Shown in pieces: positions 11,452 to 22,997 of a DNA stretch of 63,848 nt. The notes below the pieces were generated by a model. The model was given only the letters and a program-made list of their open reading frames with translations. It ran no database searches and was not told where the DNA came from. The translations under genes and the position numbers were made by a program. The stretch covers positions 482,644 to 546,491 of the forward strand of contig NW_013657668.1 in the NCBI RefSeq assembly GCF_000142905.1. The letters are read 5' to 3'. The first letter of the stretch is position 1, and each line of letters opens with the position of its first letter. The DNA is from Thecamonas trahens ATCC 50062. Lineage: Eukaryota > Protista > Apusomonadida.

Positions 11452-14097
11452 ATGTCGCGGACTGTTCGACCCCAACGGTCCAATGCGTCGGTACGGACAC
11501 AGCCATGCTCTCCCCTTCCTCCCTCCTTCCCTCCGCCCCTCCTCCCCCCTCCCCCCTCCTCCCCACCCATACCCATACCCTACCCCCCCCCCTCTCTCCC
11601 CTCTCCCCTCCCCTCCCCTCCCCTCCCCCCCTCCACCGACACTGCGCCCAGCCATGACTGCGGGTCACGCTGGCCGTCGGTCGAGTGGCGCCGTTTTTTG
11701 TAGAGGGACGACGCCCAGCAGAGTGGGTAGGGAAGGAGGGCTGGCCAGGTGGGTAGGGGCTACCGGGGGCAGGGGGGGGGGCAATGTGGAGAGATACGGT
11801 GTACTCACGTGGCGTGTGTGTGTGTATGTTTGTATGTGTGTGTGTGTGGCTGTGGCTGGCTGGTGTGGCTGGCTGGTGTGGCTGTGGCTGGCTGTGGCTG
11901 GCTGTGGCTTGCTGTGGCTTGCTGTGGCTGGTGGCACCTAACGATGACTGGCTTTGGCTGGTTGGTGGCACCTGGGCCGTGGCGTACAATGACCGTGGTG
12001 GTGTTGACTGGGCTGGGCTGGTGGCGTCGCGGCGGCCGGGATATAGCTGAGGACTTCGGCGGACAACCTCAACTTGGCGGCTGCGCGGGCAGACTCGCCA
12101 GGAAACGCCTCCAACTCGTCGCTGTTTGATGATGAGTACCATATGGGCGGAGCCGGAGGTGGGGCAGGTCAAGGAGGAGCTGCCGAACGGGCTGCGCTGA
12201 CAGAAGACCAGCTGGATGCGATCCATGAGAAGGTGCTGCGGGCCGAGAACCCGTCGGCACCGCAGAGTGTGGTGGTCTTTGACCTCCGCAAGGGCGCCTT
12301 TGCAGAGATCCCGACAGTGGACCATGTGCAGAACCACTTTGAGCTCGAGGCCAAGATCTTCCACAAGAGCTCGGACGACGCCAAGCGGCAGCGGCTGTCG
12401 GCGCAGGCGGCAGAGGAGGCGGCTGAGGGCGACTCGCGGCTTCGCAACGAGTTCAACTTTTCGGAGCGGGCGACGCAGACGATCAACGCGTCGACGCGTG
12501 AGCGCGGGACCAACACCGAACCGCCGCCGCGGCAAAACTACAAGGCGCTGGTCACGCAGTGGAGCATCTACGACACGTTTGTGGACGACCTCGAGCGGAT
12601 GCGGCGCGAGAAGGAGAAGCAAAAGTCGCGGGTCCAGCTCTCGTCGCAGGCCATGGCGTCGTTCTCGTCGTTTGCGGCCGGCGCTGGGCGCGGTGACCGC
12701 AAAAGGCCGGCGCGTCGTCGTCGTCGGACCTGTACGGGCACTCGGAGTCGATGGTCTCGCTGCTCAAGGTGATGGAGCGGATGGTGAACCTCAACACGTA
12801 CCAGGCCATTGCGCACGACTACAAGTACCTCGAGTTTCCGCTTGACAAGCTCGCGTCAAACGCGCTGACGGGAACGCTCATGCCGCTGTGGGAGTTTGAG
12901 TCTGCCAAGGTCAAGAAGCGGCACGTGACGGCGCTGGCGTGGAACCCCGAGTATCCGGACCTGTTTGCCGTTGGCTTTGGCTCGTACGACTTTGGCAAGC
13001 GGCGGCGTGGGCGGGTCTACTGCTACACGCTCAAGAACCCGTCGCACCCCGAGTACGCGTTCGAGACCGAGTCGGGCGTCATGTCACTCGACTTTCACCA
13101 GCCGCCGCACTCGTCACTCCTCGCCGTCGGCCTCTACGACGGCTCAGTTCTTGTCTACGACATCAAGGTCCGCTCCAAGGATCCGATCTTCCGCTCAACC
13201 ATCCGCAACGGGAAGCACACCGACCCGGTGTGGCAAGTCCAGTGGCAAGAAGACGACCTCTCTAAGAAGCACAACTTTTTCTCGGTCTCCTCCGACGGCC
13301 GCGTCACCTCGTGGACGATGGTCAAGTCGGACCTCGTCCACACTGACATCATCGAGCTCCAACTGGTCGACAACGTCAAGGCCGCCGCCGCTGACGAGGA
13401 GGCCGCGCTGTTTGGGCTCGCCGGCGGGCTTTGCTTCGACTTTAACCACACTTTCGAGCACCTGTTCATTGTCGGCGTCGAGGACGGGTACATCCACAAG
13501 TGCTCCAAGGCGTACAACTCACAGTACCTCGAGACGTACGTCGGCCACGTCGGCATGATCCATGCCGTCCAATGGAACCCGTTCCACCCTTCCATCTTCA
13601 TCTCGGCCTCGTCGGATTGGACCGTCAAGATCTGGGACCACGCGCTCAAGACGCCGCTCATGTCGTTTGACCTCAACAACTCGGTCGGCGACGTCGCGTG
13701 GGCCCCATACTCGTCGACCGTCTTTGCCGCTTGCACCGCAGACGGCAAGATTTACGTCTTTGACCTCTCCGTCAACCGCCATGAGCCGCTCTGTGACCAG
13801 AAGGTCGTCCGCAAGGCCCGGCTCACCCACCTCGCCTTTAACCCGGACCCGGACAACTACACCCTCATCGTCGGCGATGACCGCGGCGTCGTCCGCTCCT
13901 TCCGCCTCTCGCCGAACCTACGCCAGATCGCAAAGATCGAAGAGCCGAAGCCGCAGTCGCTCCTCCTCGACGCCCCGCTCGACGCTGACCTCGACGCCAA
14001 GCCCAAGGCCAAGCCCAAGACCCGTGCAGAGATCGAGGTCGAGCGCCTCGACGCCATCTTTGCTGCCCAGGACAAGTCAGTTACCATGATTGCATGA
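11452..14097 (+). CDS. DNAI1: Axonemal outer-arm dynein intermediate chain (DNAI1/IC1-like, WD40); 5' intron and one-base frameshift near 12702
   Basis: LRNEFNFSERATQT...TEPPP...TQWSIYD, LKVMERMVNLN, LMPLWEF, WNPEYPDLFAVGFGSYDF, KNPSHPE, GKHTDPVWQV, HKCSKAYNSQYL, LSPNLR. The main exon begins at acceptor AG 12046. Exon 1 is either 11452-11490 (GTACG donor, phase 0) or starts at ATG 11654. The frames join at AAAA 12701-12704. Confidence 0.9.
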
Positions 14098-14151
14098 GCG
14101 ATGCAGACGTAAAGGCAAGCGCGGCAGTGCAGGCGCCGTACGCTCTCGTCG

Positions 14152-15332
14152 TCAGTCAAACAGCAGCCAGGTCTCGTGCCGATACACCTCGCCAGGCTCG
14201 AGCCGCCCGTGGCACATCCGAGGAGCGGGCCGAGGTGAATGGCGTCAGGAAAGAACTGCGTCTCGAGGCAGATGGCCGAGCCGTTGCCATAGTTGACACT
14301 TGCGCACTGCGCGTGGACCGTGTCGGCGATCGGGATGCCGGCGTGTCCGAGCCCGTTGCCAGTGTAGACCTGGACGCCCGGCTTGGTCGTCGTCACCCGC
14401 ATTCGCAGACCGCTGGGCACGTGCACCAGCGCGCCGATGCATCGACAGGCACCGGCGGTGTCGGGCGGAGCGAGGACGTAGTTGTGGTCGAGGCCCTCGA
14501 GCTTGGCCTCCGAGCCGAGCGAGGCCACCGCCGCGGCGAACGGCGAGTCGGCGGCCAACGGCACAACCTCGCCCGTCGGAATGAGCGCGTCGTCGACGGC
14601 GAGCACGCCCGTTGCCTCGTGGAGGTCCAGCTGATGGTCAGCGAGCCCGCCCTCGCGCGGCTCGCCAGAAAGGTTAAAGTACGCGTGGTTCGTGAGCGCA
14701 AGGAGCGTGACCGCCTCCGCCTCGCCCTCGAGCACAATACCGAGCGCATGCGCACCATGGGCGACAACGTACGTGGCGCGGACGTTGACTCGGCCGGGGA
14801 ACCCGTTCTCGCCGTCGGCCATCGTGCTGGCAAACGTCACCGCATCGTACCGTCCACAGCCCGCGATGGGCCAGCCGACAAAGGCATCGGCGCCATCGGT
14901 CTTGCCGCTCACCCGCTCGGCCATCTCCCACACCCGCCCATCCAGCGCGCCATCGCCTCCGCCACCATGCAGGCAGTTGCCGCCTTCGTTAGCCCGTGCC
15001 TGATGCCTCTCGCCATCGAGCTCAAACTCTCCGCCATGGCCGATCCGGTTGGCCACGCGCCCGACTGTCACGCCGAGGTACGGGCCCGCATGCCTGCGAG
15101 CGGCGTCGTCGGAGGCGAGGCCCAGGACTACTGATCGCGTCGTCCAGGCCGCCGCGCGGCTGTTGCTCCCGCACTTGGCGCACTGAATGGCTCCGATAGC
15201 AGACTCGGCGCGCGATGGTGACGATGGGGGAGAGGATAGCGTGAGGCTGCGTAACGCAGCGCCGAGCGGTGAGAGCGTGGCGACGAGACCTGATTCCGAG
15301 GCAAGGGTGAAGTTCGAGCTGTTGTCGGACAT
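14152..15332 (-). CDS. GALM: Aldose 1-epimerase (galactose mutarotase); one-base frameshift near 14207
   Basis: YLGVTVGRVANRI, NEGGNCLHGG, DGENGFPG, LTNHAYFNLSG, LDHNY, PGVQVYTGN, ICLETQFFPDAI. The conserved end LEPGEVYRHET..F lies in the next frame and ends at TGA 14152-14154. Confidence 0.92.
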
Positions 15333-15413
15333 GACGACGAGGCGAGACGAGTGATGGGACTTTACGCTTGGCTCCGACCACAGTAAAGCGCGCGGGCATG
15401 CCTTTGGCGGACA

Positions 15414-16331
15414 TCACGAGGACCAGGACTCGGAGGCAGTCGATGCACTTGTCGTCATCGTTGCGGTGGTGGTCGACGACGATGTCGCGGTGTCGGACGA
15501 GCCCAGGGCACGATTGAGCCACGAAGCGGCTGCGACGGCGACAGCGCCCAGGCCAATGCCGAGTGAAGCGAGCGCGGCAGCTTTGGCCTCAGGCGAAGAA
15601 TCCATGGCTCGGAGCGCGGTCTTGGCCCAGCGATTGACCCACTCCGGTGGCGGAGCGACGCCGAGGGCGGCGGCAGCGGCGGCACAAAAGTCCACGCAGT
15701 TGTTGCGGAGGAGGTGATAGTCGCCACAGCAAAACTCGTCCTTAAGCTGGGAGATGAGCCGCCGAACACGGAGCCACCCGGCCGACGTCTGCCCGAGGTA
15801 GACCGTACATCGGTAGCGATGCATCGGGTGGAGGCGTGGCTCGACGGCAAAGACGCCCGTGGCGCTGGGAGGAATGTCCGAGTCGGGATCAGCGCGGCCG
15901 AACGACCACTCTTTGCCGCGGACCTCGATGCCAGCATGGAACGCACCTCCCAGCGACTTGCTCGCCTTGCCCGACCAGTACACGCGCGCCGACATGCTTG
16001 CCTGACGCTCTCTTCCCCGGCCCGAGCCCGAACTCCTTCTGCCGCGGCTAGGCGGCCGCAGATCGATCTGGAACAGCGAGTTGAGCGCAGCGACGGCCGG
16101 CTCGTGTGAGAGATCGTAGACGTTGAGAAAGACGTCCTTGTTCGAGATGGCCGACGGTTGCGGCGGGGCGGGGTACTCGTCATCCGCCAGTCGCGCGCGA
16201 GCCTGAGCACCGCCTGCGCGCGTGCTTGCCCGCCTCGACCTCGACGATGACTTCTTGCTCGCCGACCGAGCATCCTTCGATTGCGACCTACTGGATCCCT
16301 TCTGCCTTGACCTTGACCTTCTACTCGACAT
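15414..16331 (-). CDS. PPPDE/DeSI-family cysteine isopeptidase (deubiquitinase/deSUMOylase-like)
   Basis: VFLNVYDL, GAFHAGIEVRGKEWSFG (catalytic His), YHLLRNNCVDF (catalytic Cys), PEWVNRWA. Basic N-terminus and a hydrophobic segment near the C-terminus. Confidence 0.88.
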   Translation of the reverse strand: MSSRRSRSRQKGSSRSQSKDARSASKKSSSRSRRASTRAGGAQARARLADDEYPAPPQPSAISNKDVFLNVYDLSHEPAVAALNSLFQIDLRPPSRGRRSSGSGRGRERQASMSARVYWSGKASKSLGGAFHAGIEVRGKEWSFGRADPDSDIPPSATGVFAVEPRLHPMHRYRCTVYLGQTSAGWLRVRRLISQLKDEFCCGDYHLLRNNCVDFCAAAAAALGVAPPPEWVNRWAKTALRAMDSSPEAKAAALASLGIGLGAVAVAAASWLNRALGSSDTATSSSTTTATMTTSASTASESWSS

Positions 16332-16576
16332 TCGTGTGTGCGTGTGGATGAGCTGCCAGTGGCCGAGACGAGAGCTGCGCGTGTCGCCTATAGTTGTTTC
16401 GCGAATGACGTGAGGGCGGGGAGCGGGCCGAGGAAGCCCAGAGTTATCCAAGGGTGGCGTGGGTTGTGGAGGATGCTTGTGGAAGGGAGATGGGCGGAAG
16501 GGAGGGGATTAGTAGGAGAATGGGGATATGTGTGTGGGCTGTGGGTGCTATGTTGAAGGAAGAGGGATATGCACCT

Positions 16577-16900
16577 CTGCATTGTGCAAACGTGAGTTAA
16601 TCGTTGTGTTTCATCCCTGCATTATACAAACGTGAGTTAATCGTTGTGTCTCATCTCTTCATTGTGCAAACGTGAGTTAATCGTTGTGTTTCATCCCTGC
16701 ATTATGCAAACGTGAGTTAATCGTTGTGTCTCATCCCTGCATTATACAAACGTGAGTTAATCGTTGTGTTTCATCCCTGCATTATGCAAACGTGAGTTAA
16801 TCGTTGTGTCTCATCCCTGCATTATACAAACGTGAGTTAATCGTTGTGTCTCATCCCTGCATTGTGCAAACGTGAGTTAATCGTTGTGCCTGCATTGTGC
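16577..16900. repeat. 40-bp tandem minisatellite, about 8 copies, relatively AT-rich
   Basis: Unit ATTRYRCAAACGTGAGTTAATCGTTGTGTYTCATCCCTGC starting at 16581, 16621 ... 16861. There are no unique spacers. Confidence 0.97.
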
Positions 16901-16965
16901 CATTCGGCTGGTGCCAATGTTCCCAAAAGCCGCCGTCGTGGAACACCCGTCGCCTTCCCTTCGCC

Positions 16966-18813
16966 ATGGCCAGCAACGGCAACCAGGGCATACAGCCGAC
17001 CCTCGGCAGGCTTGCACGGGTAGGGGCATACACAGCATCGGCAGGACTGTTTGTCTCGAGGTGGGGCCTCGCACTCTCATCCACAGCGGCGTCATCGGCC
17101 CTCGGCCTCTCCTCGCTCCTCGCCTCTTCGACCGCCCTCGTCGTCCCCTCGCTCCTGCCTGGTGGCTCAGCCATTTCTTCGGCTCTCTCGGCCATCGCTC
17201 TCGGCTCGTGGGCTGCACGCACCTCGATCACCGCATCATCACTTTCGGCACAGTCATCGCTGCTCGCCCTAGAACTCGCCCTCCGCACCGGCTCGTGGGC
17301 CGCTGCAACCATCGCCTCAGTCGCCTCGGCTTCGTCCTCGGCTCCGGCACCAGCTGCGACAGACGACTTTGACAATGCGCCGCTGGTGGTAGCCTGGCGG
17401 AGCTGGGAGCGCCCGGACTCGGTTGATCGCTGGCTTCGCCCGGCCATGAACGTGCATGCATGGCAGCTCGACGTGGACATCTTGCAGACCGCCATCGGCT
17501 CACACGCTGCTGCGCTGAGCGCATGGACGGCTGCTGATGGAAACATGGCGGCCTTGCCCGAGGCCAAGCGCATGACGCTCGCGCTGTGGTACGCCGCCGC
17601 CCACGCTGCGCTCGAGCCGTCGGACGCGCGGTCTGCGCTCGGCAGCCGTCTCCTCTCGGGCGGATCAGCAGTGGCCGCGCTGGCCTTGCTGCATCAGCAC
17701 GAGCGGGGCGCGAGTGCAAGCGAGCGCAAGCCAAGAGTCGAAACAGAAGCTGCGCCTGCGACAAGCTCGTCGTGGTCGTCGTGGCTTCCTTGGCGGGCGC
17801 GGGCGTCGCAGCCGCGGGCTGCGGGCTCGTCATCCGAGGCTGCAGCACTCGTCAACTTGGGGCGTATGTACATGCCGCTGGCGATCGCAGCGTACGGTGA
17901 GGCTGCGCTTATCAAGCTTTCGGCCGAGCCAGAGGTTGCAGCAGCGTATCCGTCGTTTGATGCTTTTGTGAGCTCGGTTGCTGGCGACGAGCTGCGGGTG
18001 GTGCGTGCGCGTGGACAGACCGACGGCCGCGCGCTCAACTACGCAGTGCTGGAGGACACCGCTAATAGCGTGATTGTCGTTGCCATTGCCGCGCCGCGCA
18101 GTTTGGACGAGCTTGTGACCTCGGCACTTGTCAAGCCACCGCTCAAGCTCGATGATGCTAACTTTGTGGCGCGCGAGGCGCACGAGCTCGCGGTTACACT
18201 CCGCGACGAGATCGGACCAGAGCTCGCACGGCTGGCTCTGGCACAGGCTGCGCCGGCCACCGTGGTGGTGGCCGGGCACTCTCTCGGCGGCTCGGTTGCC
18301 GCGCTCCTCGCGCTCTACCTTGTCGAGCCGATGCGCGAGGCTGCACCCGCAGCCACTGTCCGCGCACTTGCATACGCCCCGCTTCCGTTTGTGTCGCACC
18401 GGTACGCGATCCAGGACGTGGTCCGCAGAACAGTTGTTGTCTACGTAGCCACCGCCGACGCCCTGCCACGACTGACGGCCTCGCACGTGGCAGCGCGGGT
18501 GACGGCACCGCTTGTCGCACTCGCTACAAGCGCAGCTGCGCTGGTCCCGGCCATTCTTCTTGGCGAGCAGGTCGACGCCGGTGCCGCTCTGCTGCCTGCG
18601 CCGACCGACCTCCCGTCGCTCTCCAGCCCGGGCCTCGAGGCCAATCTCGTTGTCGCCGGCACGGTTTTGGTCGTCGACAATGGCGGCGAGATTGTCAACG
18701 AGAGTGAGCCCGGTGCACTCGCCGCGGGCCTGACGCTTGCTCCCGACGCGTTTACCTCGCACATGCCGCAAGCCTATGCGCGCGCGCTCTCGGTCACCAC
18801 CGATAGCTGCTGA
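16966..18813 (+). CDS. Class-3 lipase (DAG-lipase-like alpha/beta hydrolase)
   Basis: VVAGHSLGGSVA nucleophile elbow, LAYAP, DALPRL (Asp), SHMPQAY (His). Long Ala/Ser-rich hydrophobic N-terminal region. Confidence 0.82.
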   Translation: MASNGNQGIQPTLGRLARVGAYTASAGLFVSRWGLALSSTAASSALGLSSLLASSTALVVPSLLPGGSAISSALSAIALGSWAARTSITASSLSAQSSLLALELALRTGSWAAATIASVASASSSAPAPAATDDFDNAPLVVAWRSWERPDSVDRWLRPAMNVHAWQLDVDILQTAIGSHAAALSAWTAADGNMAALPEAKRMTLALWYAAAHAALEPSDARSALGSRLLSGGSAVAALALLHQHERGASASERKPRVETEAAPATSSSWSSWLPWRARASQPRAAGSSSEAAALVNLGRMYMPLAIAAYGEAALIKLSAEPEVAAAYPSFDAFVSSVAGDELRVVRARGQTDGRALNYAVLEDTANSVIVVAIAAPRSLDELVTSALVKPPLKLDDANFVAREAHELAVTLRDEIGPELARLALAQAAPATVVVAGHSLGGSVAALLALYLVEPMREAAPAATVRALAYAPLPFVSHRYAIQDVVRRTVVVYVATADALPRLTASHVAARVTAPLVALATSAAALVPAILLGEQVDAGAALLPAPTDLPSLSSPGLEANLVVAGTVLVVDNGGEIVNESEPGALAAGLTLAPDAFTSHMPQAYARALSVTTDSC

Positions 18814-18823
18814 GCGAGGCTTG

Positions 18824-21118
18824 TCACGAGTAAAAGTGAAACGCAGTCGACGACGACGATCGGTGGACCTCATCCTGTCGTGCAATGCTCTTGATCCGCA
18901 CGCCCGAGCTATTGACGCGGCAGAGGGGCAACCCAGAATCCGCGACATGCATGCCCGAGCCCAAGCCCGAGCCCGACAACTGCGACGATGGCAGTGAAGC
19001 AAGCGAGGCGCCACCGGTTGTGCCCCGTGAGTTGGTCGGCGAGGCTGACCCAGTCACCAAGCCCGAGGAGCTGGCGTAGGCAACGTCGCGGAGCGAGACA
19101 GGAAAGCGCGAAGAAGCTTGCGCACTTTGGCTCTCCCTCTCGTTGCTCTTGTTCTCGACAGGCTTCTGCCCCTGACCGGCGGGCTCGGCGACGCCGAGCT
19201 GGGGTGGTTGCTCATCGGTACTCGCAGGGCGGGCTACCGGCAGCTCATGGGCGCTGTCGGACCACCAGGCGGGGATAGCCGACCCTTTGGGACCGAGGGC
19301 AGCAGCCTGCATCTGGGCGTACACAGTGTAAAAGGCATCGGTGACACCCGGGAACTTGGACTCGAGGTCGGCGAGAACGTCTGCGGTTCGGGCGCGCTCG
19401 ATGGTCAGCGACGAGTGATGCGGGCCGGCGAGGAGACGGCCCGCCGCCGTCGCCATGCGGGTGTCCTGTGCCTGGAGCAAAGTGAGTGGGTCGTGTGTGG
19501 ATACCGGATGCGAGACAAAGGCGGCGTCGAGGACGGCTTGTGGGACAGAGAACGTGCTGTCGAAGCGATCGTTGTCAGCGATGCGCGCGATGGCATCGGT
19601 CAGCTGCTGAGCAGTCTCGGGAGTGACCGAGTTGTTGTCCACAGCAAGCTCGAGAGGCGGGCGGGTCGGGAACAGCTCCAGAAGGCAGATTAACTCATGG
19701 ACGCCAGCATCGGTTACGTCGTTGCCGCTCAAATCAACTCGCGCAATGCGGGCGTTGAGAACAACCGCTCGGGCGACAGCGCCCATGGCATCGTCTGATA
19801 CAAAGTTGGCGGCAATGTTGAGCTCCTCAAGGGCGGGCGCACGGGCGAGTGTCTGCGCGATGGCAGCGACGCCGTCGTCAAAGAGCTCGTTGTCGGCGAT
19901 GCCGAGCACAGTGAGCGAGGTGGCGGCTGGGAGTGCGGCTGCGATGACTGAGGCACCACCAGGACCGAGGTGGTTGTAGTCGAGACAGATCGACGAGATC
20001 GTTGACTTGGGATGCGCGAGCACAAAGGCAATTTGTGAGGCACTCGAGTCGGTGATGGCGTTCTTGGCGAGGTCAATGTGAGCTGGAAAGACCTCGCCGC
20101 CAGGCACGTCGACCATGGCGGCGAGGAGCGCATGGACGTCGCTATCGCCAAAGTTGCATGCCACCAGACGGAGCTCATCGAGCTGGACGGCAGCAAAGAT
20201 GCGCCCCGCGTACTTGCTGAGGTTGGCAGACGTCTGCGCTTGCTCGTCGAGGTCGATTTGTGAGAGATCGAGCGATCCCTCGGTGACAGCCGATCCGAGT
20301 GGGTTGTGTGAGACGTCTAGCACACGGAGGGTGGGACAGCCTCGGATGCCGCGGGAAAGCACCGCAAGTCCATCGACGTCGAGCGAGACGTCACAGAGAG
20401 AAAGTCTTGTGAGCGGTGCATTCACAAGCATGCGTGCCACATACACCATACCTTGGGCCTTGAGTCGGTTGTGCGAGAAGACGACAGCCTCGAGCCGCGG
20501 CAACAACGACAGCGTGGCACAGAGCGTGCGGGTCTTCTCGCGGTCGAGACCTTGCCACGACACATCGATCGACTTGACCTTCTTGGCAATCCGTCTCGAG
20601 CGGAGCGACTTGGTCGACCGGCTTGACTTGACCGACTTGATGGTCGCGGTTGAGCCGACATCATCGTCGACGTCTGTTCCTTCGTCCGACTTTCCGCTCT
20701 CACCAGACTCTGTCGAGCCTTTGCCGAGCCAGTCGACCCTCCGCGGCGGCGCCGTCTCCCGTCCCAGTGACGATGACGACGAAGCCGAGAGGCCTTGGAC
20801 CAGACCTATGGAGCCCGGAATAGACTCCAGCCGACCGTGATGGCTCGCCGCGAGCTGTTCCGAGTCTGCGAGTGCGTGAGGCGACAAGCCAGCCGAGCCA
20901 GCCGAGCCGACCGAGCCCCCAGAACCGGGTGAGCCAACCGCATGTACTTCATGTGGACCAGGGCTCTGTTGGGCTTCGCTTCCGCTCTCTGGGCGACTCT
21001 CGTCCGGCCCGCCTGCGTCGAGGACCTTGATAAGCTCATTGAAGACATACGAGTCGCAGAGCGCATTGGCCTTCACGGTGACATGGCCGCGCTTGAAGAG
21101 GACAACACGGTGTGGCAT
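18824..21118 (-). CDS. Ribonuclease-inhibitor-type leucine-rich-repeat protein (NLRC3/CARMIL-like LRRs)
   Basis: About 28-aa repeats such as LRVLDVSHNPLG, ICLDYNHLGPGGASVIA, LGIADNELFDDGVAAIA, LNIAANFVSDDA, VDLSGNDVTDAG. Confidence 0.8.
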   Translation of the reverse strand: MPHRVVLFKRGHVTVKANALCDSYVFNELIKVLDAGGPDESRPESGSEAQQSPGPHEVHAVGSPGSGGSVGSAGSAGLSPHALADSEQLAASHHGRLESIPGSIGLVQGLSASSSSSLGRETAPPRRVDWLGKGSTESGESGKSDEGTDVDDDVGSTATIKSVKSSRSTKSLRSRRIAKKVKSIDVSWQGLDREKTRTLCATLSLLPRLEAVVFSHNRLKAQGMVYVARMLVNAPLTRLSLCDVSLDVDGLAVLSRGIRGCPTLRVLDVSHNPLGSAVTEGSLDLSQIDLDEQAQTSANLSKYAGRIFAAVQLDELRLVACNFGDSDVHALLAAMVDVPGGEVFPAHIDLAKNAITDSSASQIAFVLAHPKSTISSICLDYNHLGPGGASVIAAALPAATSLTVLGIADNELFDDGVAAIAQTLARAPALEELNIAANFVSDDAMGAVARAVVLNARIARVDLSGNDVTDAGVHELICLLELFPTRPPLELAVDNNSVTPETAQQLTDAIARIADNDRFDSTFSVPQAVLDAAFVSHPVSTHDPLTLLQAQDTRMATAAGRLLAGPHHSSLTIERARTADVLADLESKFPGVTDAFYTVYAQMQAAALGPKGSAIPAWWSDSAHELPVARPASTDEQPPQLGVAEPAGQGQKPVENKSNERESQSAQASSRFPVSLRDVAYASSSGLVTGSASPTNSRGTTGGASLASLPSSQLSGSGLGSGMHVADSGLPLCRVNSSGVRIKSIARQDEVHRSSSSTAFHFYS

Positions 21119-21351
21119 GGCGCGGCACCGTGGTCACAGAGCAAGCAAGCAAGAACGTTCCAAGTATACCTGTGTCGCCTTGTTTGCTCGCTAAACCTTC
21201 CCACAATATCTCGGCTATGCTCTTGTTCCCACGCCCCACCGCGTTCTGGAGCGAGGTGATGACCATTCCTATCCGCTGTGGGAAAAAATCGGGTCTTCGC
21301 GAGGGTGGACTGTGGGAGGAAAAAACGTTTGACAGACCGCTTATCCGCATT

Positions 21352-22997
21352 TTAATTGGCTTGACTCACGTGGCCCCAAATAGGTGACAGCCTGTCCTGG
21401 TTGCCACTCGCGCTGCTATCGGCACAGAGAGCAGCACGGAGCGCTGCGGCGGCAGAAGGCGAGAGCGAGCGTGGGTATGACGTGCTTGCAGAGGAGGCGT
21501 AGCTGGCCAGAATATCGAGCGCTTCGTCAAGCAGTTTCTGGGCGGATGCGGCGGCATCGACAACAACATCAGATGTTAGTCGTGATTCGGCCAAATCAAA
21601 CGGAGCGCCCAGGTGGATGAGAAAGCGGAGGCTGCCGCCTCCGTCCAGGATGCCGATGTAGACCGGCCGGCCCGGCTCGATGGTCACGGTGTCGAGTGCG
21701 GCAAGGAGCGTGTCTGTTTTTGAGCAAGCTGTTTCACCGACATTGCCGGTCGAGAGCAGGGCGTCGTCGACCTTGGCACAAACGACATAGCTGAGGCCTG
21801 GCGGGTACTCAGCCGATGCCATTGCTGGCGTTGCCGACGCCTCATAGGCAGCGTGGATGGCAAGCTTGTAGCCGGGCGCGAGATCAGCGACAAGCGCCGA
21901 GAGTGCAGCTCCTGCGGGCGACGCGAGCGGAAGTGGGACAAGGGCACCGCCAGCAAGCGTTCGGATGTCTAGCCGCGCGGCGTGCGCAGCGTGTGAGGTC
22001 AACGCACGTGTGCGGGCATCAATGGCAGCACGCGCGTCCGCCATCGCAGTGTCGAGTGCAGAAAAGGCTTCCGTATAGCGTGGCCCGAGACTCGCGAGCT
22101 GGGCCTCGGCAGAGGCGAGCCGTGCGGAAGCAGCAGCAGCAGCAGCGGCGTACTCGGCGTCGAGCGCGGCCGTGGCGTCGGTGACGGCGCTCACCAGCGC
22201 CGTCCACTCGGCATCGAGCACGCGACAAGCGCGATCGTGGGCGTTGGTGGCGGCACGGGCACGGATAGCTGCTGCAGAAGCAGCTCGCCGCGCGGAATCA
22301 ACCGCCGCGGCGCGCGTAGCCGCAAACTCGCGCTCGGCGGCGAGGTGAGCATCGCGGGCGGTGGCGACTCGGCTCTCGGCCACCCGCAGGCCGTCGAGGC
22401 TTGACAGCGCGGGCATGTGGTGGAGTACAAGGTCGACATACGACGGATGCCGCGCGAGCGGGTTGCCCGGGCGTGCGGATCGGCCAGCGCCAAGTGTGCA
22501 AGGCGGGGCAGCCTTGCAAGTTTCGAGAGAACCGCGGGCGAGGCTAGGCGATTGCCCGAGAGGTTGATCTTGGTGAGCGCGGCAAGCCGACCGACACCGG
22601 CGAGGTCGGTCAGCGCATTGTCAGCAACATCGAGATCGGCAAGCATTGGGGCATCGAGCTCGGCCGATGTCGGCAGGCTCGTCAGCTCGTTGCCTGCGAG
22701 GTTGAGGGCAACGAGGGCCGGCAGCGAGAGCGTTTGCTTTGCGAGCGGCGAGCCGATTCGATTGCTGGGACAAATGAGATGGGTTATATGGAGCGCAACG
22801 CCGATGCCGTCGAGCGATCGCAGCGAGCCGTGCGACATGAGCCGGACAGTGGTCAGCGACGGCGAGCTCAGCGCTGCGCCGAGGGCGACGATCGACCGGC
22901 AGTCGGTTCCGACCAGCGACAGCTCCTCCGCGTCGGTGGGGAGCGCTTCCGGCAGGGCCTCGAACGCCCACTCGTACCTGCGCCCACCAGCGGCCAT
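21352..22997 (-). CDS. LRRC9-like leucine-rich-repeat protein with coiled coil; one-base frameshift near 22470
   Basis: SDS22-type LRRs (LNLAGNELTSL, LDVADNALTDL, INLSGNRL). Across the shift it reads LALADPHA(P)GNPLARHPSYVDLVLHHMPALSSLDGLRV, an LRRcap with the DP..NP pattern I recall from LRRC9, followed by an Ala-rich coiled coil. About 548 aa. Confidence 0.7.

Noticed and set aside
16577-16900. CRISPR array
   Set aside because: The units are contiguous 40-mers with no unique spacers, there are no cas genes, and the context is eukaryotic.
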